Origin: Paraspadella gotoi
Taxonomy: Eukaryota > Animalia > Chaetognatha
Assembly (NCBI GenBank): GCA_051294375.1
Contig: CM119267.1
Coordinates: 302,371 to 366,370 of the forward strand
Length of the DNA: 64,000 nucleotides
Direction of reading: 5' to 3'
A model generated the notes under the pieces. The model did not search any database, was not told the origin of the DNA, and saw only the letters and a program-made list of their open reading frames with translations. The position numbers and the translations under genes are program-made. Each line of letters starts with the position of its first letter. Within the stretch, counting starts at the first letter, position 1. Shown here piece by piece: positions 50,444-60,705 of this stretch.

Positions 50444-53400
50444 TAATAATAATAAGTGATGATTAATGATTAATCTTAATCCTAAGTAAAGTTTTATTGG
50501 TTTTATTGGTTTTACGAGGAAACGTGTCACATTTTCCATAATAAGAATATAATATTAAACGAACGAAACATTTTTTACATTGCTCATACAAATTCGATAA
50601 ACGAGATTGAGAAAAGCCTCGCTCACCGATGCTCCATTTAAAACCCCACCGATTATTCCCTAAGACAGCCGTCGATCCTGATTTGAATTTTATTTTTTTC
50701 TTCCAAATTAAAGGAGACGTGATGATCGTATTCATGATAATTGTGATGATTATATTTATGATGCTGATGTCGACGACTTCTTCCTCGTCATGGACAACAA
50801 CATCGACCTCCAAGGAGATGGCCGTTCCTCTCAGCGTTGAAGAGATTGAGAAGGACGAGATGGAAGACACCATCCGGACGAGAATCTTGAAGGCGCAGAA
50901 GATTTCCTTCAGGTCCCTCGATCTTTCCCAATGTCCCTTCGTCCGTTGGCGCCTTTTTCTATGTCCGTACGTTCGTCAATCTTTCTCTTTTTTTTTTCAA
51001 TTCTGTGATTCTTTTCGTGTGCCAGTCTTTCTGTCCTAAGTTCTGTCTTTCTGTTTTGTTTTCTGTTTATTTCCTTCATCACTTCTTTATGTCTGCCTGA
51101 TTGTTTTGTTTTTTATGCTTCAGTCTCTCTTCAGGTCCGTCTGTCAATCGATCTGTACGTTTTCTTACATCTCTTTTCATTTGGTCTTTCTATCCGTGTT
51201 TTTCTATCCGTCTATCTGTCTTTTCCTCTCAATGTTCCTTGTGTCTGTCTGTCCCATCTGTTTGTCTCTTTGTCTTTTTGTCAGTTTGTCCATAGTTCTC
51301 GATTCTCTCCCCTCACTCCGTCCCTTCCTCCTTCTCTTTCTCCTCCCCCTCTCCCCCTCCCTCCTTTCCTCCCCCTCTCTTCTCTTTCCTCCCTCCTCCA
51401 CTCTCACCCTCCCTCTCTCCCCCACCCTCCCCCTCTCTTCTCCCTCCTCCCTCCCTCTACTCTCTCTTCTCCTCCCCCTCTCCCCCTCCCTCCTTTCTCC
51501 CCCTCTCTTCTCTTTCCTCTCTCCTCCCTCCACTCTCCCCTCCTCTTCTCCCCACCCTCCCCCTCTCTTCTCTCCTCTCCCTCCTCCCTCCCTCTCTCTT
51601 CTCCCTCCTCCCTCCCTCCCTCTCTCCTCCCTCTCTTCTCCCTCCCCTCTCTCCCTCCTCTCTCCCACCCTCCCCTCTCTTCTCCCTCCTCCCTCCCTCC
51701 CTCCCCCTCTCTTCTCCCTCCTCCCTCTCTCCCTCCTCCTCCCCTCTCTTCTCCCTCCTCTCTTCCTCCCTCCCTCCCCTCTCTTCTCCCTCTCTCCTCC
51801 CTCTCTTCCCCTCCCTCTCTTCCTCCCTCCCTCCACTCTTTCTCCCTCTCTCCTCCCTCTCTTCTCCCTCCCTCTCTTCCTCCCTCCCTCCTCCCTCTCT
51901 TCCCCTCCCTCCTTCCCTCCCTCCCTCATTTCAGAAACCAATACGAGCACGGACTCATCTCCCCGAAAGCCGCCACATTCCTCACGGATACGATTGACTA
52001 CGTCGAGTACAAGAAGAGATACTTGGAAGTCAAGGACGTTGAGAAGCACTGGGAGATCAGCAAATCGACCGTGAGGATGATCCGCTGCACCGAGTGTCTC
52101 CTCAAGTGCACAGGGTCGAGTCAGAAGATCCCGCCGCCCAAAGGATCTTGTCCTTTCAAGGTAGAGAAGAACTTATTTCCCCAGAACGACACGTTTCCTC
52201 TTAAATTTCGGAATTGGGTTATTGAAGAAAGAATTAGGTTAGTTTATTTGAACTGCTAATTGTGTAAATAAAAATACAAATAAACAATTAAACATGATAG
52301 TACCTAAAAAAAACTATGAACTTATCTTTCCGGTGGTCCTATCATTCATTCGTAAAGTGACAGCTCACTTGATACACTCTGTAGTACATATGATTGATTC
52401 CATTAAAAATTCATTAAATAGTAGTAGAGTAATAAAATATCAAAATATTAAAATTCTCACGAGTCTCTGATTTATTATCCTTTTTTGTTTTGTTTTACCC
52501 AAAACGATCCACAAATGTTCACGTGAGATATCATAGAAATAACTAAGACTCCAAACTGATTTCAATCACTTCTCCTTTTCAGACTTACAAAGTGGCCAGT
52601 CGACTAGAGTTCGACGTAACCTTCATGATAATGATTGTGGTCTCTTGCGTTCCCATGATCGTCCAACTGATCAACCCTCCCGGATTCGACGAAGAGAAAG
52701 ATCGAAATGTCCTTTTGTTTTATTACATCGTCAACTTCGTCTTTCTCTTTATCTTCTTTCTCGAGTTCGTTTTGAGGATGGTCGCCTTCAGACAGTGGTG
52801 AGAAAGGGTATGGGGAGGGAATGGATCCTTCAGACCGTAGTGAGAGAGAGCGAACGGATTATGCGTGCGGATGACTTAAAAAAAAAGCAATTACAAACAC
52901 CTACCGACAAATTAATCAATCAATCAATTAACAAATTAAGAAAACATTTAAACAATTAATCTTATCAATTAATAAAATGATTTAATAAATCCATCAATCG
53001 ATTGATCAGTCAATTTATTAATTAATCAGTTTACCTACCGACTAATTAATCAATCAATCAAATTAATCAGTCAATCGATTTCCCTATCGACAAATCAATC
53101 AATCCACCAATCAAATCAAATCAAACAAGGTACTTCCTCACGATCTGGGGCGTCATTGATTGCCTCAATCTCTGGCTGATGCTGGACGACGCCGCCATCA
53201 TGACCTTCAAAGTAGCCGGAGGTTTTGAGTTCGGCAACAAGACGGTTCGCTCCATCTTCGTCGCCTTCAGATTCGTTCGTCTCCTCAGAATAATTCGCAT
53301 CTTTCGGCCGCTCTTGATGTACAGTCGAAACCGTTTGGTCAATCGAGTCAACTCTAATCTGCTCATGGGTAGGAGGGAGAGGGAGAGAGGGAGAGGGAGA

Positions 53401-53905
53401 GAGAGTGGAAGGGGAAAAAGACAGGGAGAGAGAGAGAAAAAAACAAAGATAGGGGTTTGTGTTGACGCGTTCATGATTTGTCGAAAAAAGGCCAGTGAGT
53501 CAGTTAGTGGTTTTCGTCAAAGAGCACCTCCTTGGTAAACAAAGGATCGAAGATATATATATATATATATCTTTAAAACTCTTGTTTTTTACTATTTTTT
53601 TTTCAAAATGCTGAAGAAGGCTCGAATTAAAGAGCCGAAACTGTTTTAATAACAATAAAAACTGTTGTCTCTGCAATTAAAAATATTTTTTAAAATATTT
53701 TTTATAATAAGTTTAATTAAACAGTTATATATTTAGTTAATTTAACATAAGAGTAATAAATAATAGAAATGAAATTTAGGAGGAAAATCAATCAAATCAT
53801 AATCATCGATTATTTTAAAATGTAAAAACAAGTAATTTTATAATTATCATGCATAAGAGAAATAAAAAAAATCAAACTTGGGATTACAGGTTTGTTTCAA
53901 ATTAA

Positions 53906-53994
<89 letters not shown>

Positions 53995-54654
53995 CATCAT
54001 TATTTCCTAAGCTCATTCCGGCCTCGTCTTCCGTCCAGGTTACGATATCGGCAAAGCTTATCTCAACGCCATCGACTCTTTCTACAAAAACATCGCCTTC
54101 ATGGCTTCGCAGTCGCCAGAGTTGACGAGCAACTTGGAGGAACGCTTCGACAACGAGAGGGTGAGGTTCACAGAATTGGCAAGTTTACTCTTTTGTCATT
54201 TTTTTTTGTGTGAGGATTATTTTGTGCGCGGGGTTTGCCCGGGCTCACCCCGTCAATGGACTTTTAATCCCTGGGCGGATTGATCTGCTCACAATCAGTT
54301 CCATCCCCTTCCGGTAGGAATTCTCGATTCGGACTATTTCTGAGAAATCTCCTTCCCCCATCAGATCGAGGTGACCAGGGCGCTGGGGAAACTACAGCAG
54401 AGTCACCCCGGCATCGGCGTCTCCATCAAGACCAAGCATGCTTGCATGATCTTGGTGCACAGAGCTGAGGAACAGATCGACGATCTCAAGCATCGGGGAT
54501 TGATTGATGGGAACGAGGAATCGTCACTCAAGGTGAAATGGGGAGAGGGAGGAGAGGGGAAAGAGGAGAGGGGAAAGANNNNNNNNNNCCGTTTTTCTTT
54601 TTCCTCCCTTTCTTCTTCTTTCCTCCCCTTCTTCTCTCCTCTTCCCCCCTCTCT

Positions 54655-54686
<32 letters not shown>

Positions 54687-55994
54687 AAAAGGCCAACACT
54701 GCCCAGATCCGCAAGAAAATCGGGAAGATTCCCCCCCGACTTCCGTTGGTGGAACCGCAACAGATCGTCAAGCAAATCAAATGGTTGAGAGGCGACGAAG
54801 AAGCTCAGGACTTTTTCGTGGCCAGAATGGAGATCAAAAAGTAGGGTGGTTTGGGGATCATTGGGGAGAAAGGTATGGGGATAATAAAGTAAGAGGGGAT
54901 GGGGATCATTGGATGGAGTGTGTGGGGATCATAAAGTAACAGGAGATGGGGATCATTGGGTAAAGGGAGTGTGAATCATAAAGTAAGTAGGGATTAGACT
55001 TTGCCAAATTTTTTAATCTAAGTAAGTAAGTACTATAATTTTTTAAAACGTTTAATAATTTATAACATTTAAATGAATGCTTTAAATCAATATTTATTGG
55101 TGTCTAAATAAAGTCCTTTTTCAACACTATGAACTATAGTTTGTTTAATTTTTTTTTCAATTTTATAATGATCATTAAAAAATAAGGAGCAATTTGTATT
55201 CTCACCTCTCTGCCAATCAATCAATCAAACAATCAATCAATCGCTCGCTTCTCCCATTAGATACGAGAGAGACCAGCAAATCTTAGCTCCAAATCAAAAA
55301 TACGACGGACTGTATCTCGTCTGCTCTGGAACAGTGAAGTTCGTCACGGTCGCCGGTGGAATGCAGAGCAGCAAGAAAAAGGCTAAAGGTCTCGACGTGA
55401 CTTTAATCTCATTTGCATAATATAGTTAAGGATACGAGAATATTTACTTTGTGCGAATTAATACATTTTTTTAATATGATTTAGATTAGAATGTGTCATA
55501 GAAAATTAAATCAATATTTTTGTCTCGAACGATAATATGCAAATGAATTTTAAGTAATTTCTTTGATTGTTGAAGGAGCAAACGTGAATCGACCGACTGG
55601 AGATGAAGACGACGACAATGAGACCGACAACGCCGACGACAACGCCGCCGACGACGACGCCGACGAAGAAAGCTTTGATAATTTCACCAAGCACATGGTG
55701 AGAGTACTTGCTCAACGCTCGGTTGCATTGGAGTTTTTGAATAAATTCACGTTATTGCGTTTAATATTTGTAACATTTAATTTGTTATTTTTTTTCTTTA
55801 CTATTCATAATTTTTATTATCCTTGCCCAATCCTTTTGCGTTTTACTTGTATTTCCTTATTTTCCTATTCTGCTTATTCTCTCTTCCTTATTTTCCTCCT
55901 TTTTTTCCTTTTTTCCTCTTTTTTTTAAGATGAGGATGAAACGCTTGAAGTATGATCCTCTCTTCGGCGACCAATTCCATCGCACGCAGAAGGT

Positions 55995-56086
<92 letters not shown>

Positions 56087-57729
56087 TATAATAGTAAAGC
56101 GCAATGGCGTGCTTTACTGTACATCGCCACATCATGCAAAAATTATTCATGTATTATTAATCAAAGTTCATCTATAAATCAGCGCCGAGTTCAAGAATGC
56201 ATATATTAATTATAATAATAATATAATAATTATATTAATACATTAATACATTAATTAATACATTAATTTAGATGAAGAACTTCTCTTGTCACATATTAAT
56301 ACATCAATACATTTATACATTAATTGATACATTAATTTAGATGAAGAAGTTCTCTGGTCCCGTATTAATACATTAATACATTAATTAATACATTAATATA
56401 TCAATTAATACATTAATTTAGATGAAGAACTTCTCTGGTCCCGTATTAATACATTAATACATTTATACATTAATTAATACATTAATTTAGATGAAGAACT
56501 TCTCTCGTCACGCCGCAGACGACGACGACTTCGATGCTCATTTGGGTCGAGAAGATTTTCGCGCAGCCGGTGAGCCATCTGTCTTCTGTGATAGGTTTTC
56601 TATCATCTATGATAGGTTATCTGTCACCTGGGATAGATCATGTTATCTGTAATAAGTTATCTGTCATCTGTGGTGCGGTTATCGCTTAACTGTGATAGGT
56701 TATCTGTCATTTGTAATAGGTCATGTCATCTGTGATAGGTTACCTGTCATCCGTGATAGGTTATCTGTCACCTGGGATAGATCATGTCATCTGTGATAGA
56801 TTATCTGTCATCCGTGGTGGGTTATTTGTGGGGGCTTCTTGGTGGTGAATCATAACTGTATTTGTCTATAACTTATAGACAAATACAGTAATGATTCACC
56901 ACCAAGAAGACTTATAGTATAAGTCAGAGTTTCCTTGTCAGTGATTTTCTGCTTTGGGTCAGATCTCAAAGTCACTTTCCCGTTTTGTCACTCGTTAACG
57001 AATCCCATTTTTTTTAAAAAGTTGAATGAATGAAACCGAAATTCCTTCGGTTTTTTCTTCGTATCTCATTATTCATTTTTAAAAAGAAAAAGAGAAATGG
57101 AGAAGAAATTGGATCCAAGGAAGGAAGGAAGGAATTAATTGGATCCACTGTCTCAGGATTCGTACTCAACTTCAATTGTTTCCTGGAGAAAATGGAACGG
57201 ACAACGACGAGGGCCATTTGCGACACGGATGTCACCGTCGCCTTCTTCTCGGACGAGGTCTGTGTGAATGTGTGAACGGACGAATGTGAATGTGAATGTG
57301 AATGTGAATGTGAATGTGTGAACGAACGACGACGAGGGCCATTTGCGACACGGATGTCACAGTCGCCTTCTTCTCGGACGAGGTCTGTGTGAACGTGTGA
57401 ACGTTGCGCGATCGTGAGAATCGAGAAGCGATCGTTTTTTGTGACGGATCTTTAATTGAAAAAAAAAATCTAGTTAAGTTTTATCTCAATACAGTAGAGT
57501 AGAGCTGTGGTTTATTTTGTATCGTTTGATTTGGATCACGGGGTTTTAAAGATTTAAAACAATTCGTGAATTCAAGTGAGTAGAAGGAAAATATAAAATT
57601 GTTGTTCCGGTCCCTGAATTACTTTAAAATATTTCTATAAAATTACATTTATATTAGATTCGATGATCTCAAAATACAATTATGTTAACAGCAAAAGCTT
57701 GGAATTAATTTTCCAGACAAAGAATGAAA

Positions 57730-57827
<98 letters not shown>

Positions 57828-58790
57828 GGTGATGAAGGAAGCGCTCGAAGTTTTTTCTTCTCGTTTTATCAACTTGGAATATCGAATGTGGACTCACTAC
57901 GGGCGAAGAGTGACGGAGAACATCCTCAACTCGAACTACGATTATCAGAGCGAAGAGTTGAAGCTGAAACTGGAGAGAGGGTTCATAGTGACGGTCTTGC
58001 CGGGGAAGACTGACAAGTGAGGGANNNNNNNNNNNNNNNNNNNNNNNNNNNNNNNNNNNNNNNNNNNNNNNNNNNNNNNNNNNNNNNNNNNNNNNNNNNN
58101 NNNNNNNNNNNNNNNNNNNNNNNNNNNNNNNNNNNNNNNNNNNNNNNNNNNNNNNNNNNNNNNNNNNNNNNNNNNNNNNNNNNNNNNNNNNNNNCCTTCC
58201 TCTGTCATAATGACTTTCTAACAATCTCTCTAATCACGAAAAGCGACCCTTCTGCATTTCTCACTCTCTCGTCACGCCCTCTTGTCACGCTCTCGTGTCA
58301 CGCTCTCGTGTCACGCTCTCGTGTCACGCTCCCCTCCGATTCGTCTCAGATTCATCATCGACCACGAAGCGTTGCACGTGATTCTTATCCAAGGAAAAGC
58401 GACGATGGAGGCGAACGTGAAGGGAAGGACGGAGCCGTTCCTCGCGCCCTCTGAGATTCCGCGTTACATTCTAAGACTTAAATTCGACAAGTGATTGATT
58501 GATTGATTTGATTTGATTGGTTTGATGCTTTGGAGTGATTGATTGACTGACTCACTAATGGATTGATTGATAGATTAAATAATTCTTTTTTTGATTGAAT
58601 GATTGATTGAGTAGTTCATCGATTTATTGGTTTATTGTTGGAGACATAAACTCTAGTCGTAATCCGTCGTTCTTATTTGCCTAAATATAAATATAAATTT
58701 AAAAATATAAACAATCAATATTTGTGTTACAAACAATATCGAGTCGTTACAATACAATACAAACATACAATACCTGCTCATCATATTTTA

Positions 58791-58845
<55 letters not shown>

Positions 58846-59576
58846 TATTGAGTAGTCATCGATTTAGTGTTTATTTTTAAAATGCTTGATTGATTGATTG
58901 ATTGATTGAATTGATTGACTTGTTGATCGATTGATTATATGATATTTCTTTCTTTCTTTCTTTTCTTTCTTTCTTTTCTTTCTTTCTTTCTTTCTTTCTT
59001 TCCTTTTTTTTCTTTCTTTATTTATTTATTTAACTATATTTTTTTTTAAAGTATTCGATTAATTATCTTNNNNNNNNNNNNNNNNNNNNNNNNNNNNNNN
59101 NNNNNNNNNNNNNNNNNNNNNNNNNNNNNNNNNNNNNNNNNNNNNNNNNNNNNNNNNNNNNNNNNNNNNNNNNNNNNNNNNNNNNNNNNNNNNNNNNNNN
59201 NNNNNNNNNNNNNNNNNNNNNNNNNNNNNNNNNNCCGCCTCTTCATCGTCCCCAAACCGGGCGGTCGGACGGTCGCGGATCTCGGACCCGAACACTTCGG
59301 AGTCACCGTGGAGGAAGAAGAGCCGGAGATGAACTGGAACGCCGACGCGTCGGGCGCCGCCAACGCCGATGAGAACGCCAACTTCCGGGGCGGACTCGGC
59401 GGCGGGATCTTCGGCGGCGGTCTCTTCGGCGGCGGCGGTTTCGGTCGGATGGAGGAGGACGAAGAAGGAGGAGGAGGAGGAGGAGGAGGAGGAGGAGGAT
59501 TGTGGGGAAGAGTCTCGACTTCGGTTAAATTGAAGAAATTCATTAGGAGAAGAATAAACGCGAAGAGGGAAACCAG
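40842..59576 (+). CDS. SLC9C1: SLC9C1/sNHE-type voltage-gated Na+/H+ exchanger (CPA1 transporter + voltage-sensor domain + CNBD); many exons, partly in gaps
   Basis: Exons include 40842-41039 (PIPYTVLLLFLG), 42568-42695 (FESAF), 42870-42994 (SATDPVAVV), 43657-43737 (GESLLNDG), 43748-43931 (GCSGVL), 46552-46810 (GALRGAVGLAL), 48021-48178 (VDW), 50815-50912, 51935-52160 (QYEHGLIS), 52583-52797 and 53130-53368 (VSD; S4 FRFVRLLRIIRIFRP), 54039-54160 (GYDIGKAY), 54365-54532 (QQSHPGIGVSIKT), 54692-54840, 55261-55388 and 57158-57257 (CNBD), 57829-58016, 58350-58490, 59235-59576. Confidence 0.9.
43075..43320 (+). mobile_element. tRNA-derived SINE (second copy at ~45030-45188)
   Basis: A-box-like TGGCTCAATGAG and B-box-like GGGATCGATCCCC head; body (GGGAAGCG..GGGGGCGTGG..ACCCGTTCCAT..AGAGGGG.TTAAAGAAG.TGCG..TTCAGCCC..GCCTTATT) shared with 45030-45188. 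Confidence 0.6.
43980..44540 (+). mobile_element. Family A Helentron/DINE-like element with a nested tRNA-like insertion (44223-44460)
   Basis: Same core and GTTGCGCCAC/GCGTCGCAAC subterminal repeats as the 5677 copy; the nested part matches 47155-47400 in reverse. Confidence 0.65.
45491..45830 (+). mobile_element. Family A element, probably the other allele of 43980-44540
   Basis: Near-identical core and the same right flank (CTTGTTGTTTATATAAGAAAT); lacks the nested insertion. Confidence 0.6.
47155..47400 (+). mobile_element. Short hairpin-rich repeat containing a tRNA-like cloverleaf (47198-47269); second copy 44223-44460 (-)
   Basis: Acceptor-like stem GCGGCCA/TGGTCGC; T-arm CCGGG-GTTCTAG-CCCGG in the 44 kb copy; flanking inverted AACCGTTCA/TGAACGGTT; internal palindrome CTGTAACACGGTGTTACAG. 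Confidence 0.6.
49438..49725. repeat. (GAT/GAA/AAT)n imperfect trinucleotide tract; other trinucleotide tracts at 3812-3878 (GTC), 50348-50455 (AAT), 53905-53995 (TAT)
   Basis: Directly visible. Confidence 0.92.
53605..53650 (+). ncRNA. Degenerate Penelope-type hammerhead motif in SLC9C intron
   Basis: CTGAAGA-A-GGCTC(gaattaaa)GAGCC-GAAAC followed by AATAAA; stem II is perfect but stem I and the cleavage site are not well formed. Confidence 0.4.
56835..56925. repeat. Near-perfect 75-bp palindrome (37-bp arms, 1 mismatch, 1-nt loop) followed by an 8-bp hairpin
   Basis: CTTCTTGGTGGTGAATCATAACTGTATTTGTCTATAA-C-TTATAGACAAATACAGTAATGATTCACCACCAAGAAG then GACTTATA-G-TATAAGTC. Confidence 0.9.
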
Positions 59577-60483
59577 GTTATTGTCTCGGCGTCATTTTCC
59601 GAAAGCCCCTCGTTTTCGGGTTAAATTTTAGAATTTTGGAATCGGTTTTTTTTTTTTTAATATTAAATTTATACAATGCTGCTGGATGAGAGGTATGAGT
59701 ATAAATCGGTGGCGGATGAAAGAACATCCAATCATTGACCGGCTCAATTTGTGTTTCGACCAATGAGAGAGTTCTGGTTCCGGCGGATTTTATTCGAGTC
59801 GCTGATCCGATTTCGTTTTGAGTTTGATTCCTCTGCGATGATAGGTTAGGGGTTAAGGAAAAGATGAGGGATTAAGGTTTTGAGATAAGGTTAGGGATTT
59901 GGTTAGAGTTTTGGATTTGGATTAGGATTACAGGGTTAGGAGATAAGGTTATTGGGATTCGAATAAAGGATTAAGTTTATATAAGCTATGGTTAGGGATG
60001 AGGCTTCGGGATTCGAATAAAGCATTAAGAAAAAAATTATGTTTAAACATTATGTTCAAAATTAAGTTTAGGGATTAGGAATAGGAAAGAGGCGTTTTTG
60101 GAAAATAATGGAATTTTAGATCAAGTATGACGCGGCTCATAAACGCTCAGTTCGAACTGGCAATAAGGGGACAGTTTTCACAGCACTCTGCCAATGTTCC
60201 CTACAACTAACTGTTCATATTTAAACCACTACGGAGAATCCCCTCCTCGATTTTTGAAGGGGATCGCAGATTGAAGCTCGATCCGAGAAAGAGTGGGCCA
60301 TTTCTCGTCCCCGTCATGAATTAGGGCGGGGATATGCCGGGAATAAGATCCCCGGCGAAGCCCGCCACAGGGCGTAGTGGCGTTGAACTTATAGTTAGCT
60401 TCCCCGAAACTGCGCGAAGTTTAACAGTTTAAACTGCAAGGATTTGGCCCGCGTAATATCTCTTTTAGCTTGTTTGTTTATTT

Positions 60484-60595
60484 TATGAAATTGGTACAAC
60501 CAATATAAAAATTATCCATTCATTTAATAAATAAGCAATCTTGCCCCTGACTTTGGACAGGCTTTGGTGGTTTAAGGCCTCCATCACTTTTATAT
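60484..60595 (+). mobile_element. Short interspersed repeat (core TATGAAATTGGTACAACCAATATAAAAATTATCCATT); also ~2470, ~30470-30520, ~31935-31990, ~45655, ~47850-47925
   Basis: The same core recurs in both orientations at dispersed sites. Confidence 0.65.
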
Positions 60596-60705
60596 AACTT
60601 TAGCTTGTTTGTTTATTTCACATAATATTTTTTCATTATTATTATTATTTAATTTTTAATTACTTTTTGATAATTAAATTCATCTTAACTTTTAACAATA
60701 ATCAG

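Noticed and set aside
51106-52049. Long Pro/Leu/Ser and Gly/Arg/Glu ORFs here and at 2121-2543 and 62027-63337
   Set aside because: They are translations of CT/GA-rich low-complexity introns; only the embedded short exons are coding.
59840-60085. Degenerate TTAGGG-like tract suggesting an interstitial telomere
   Set aside because: Only scattered, imperfect units; similar tracts occur in invertebrate repeats, so it cannot be supported as telomeric.
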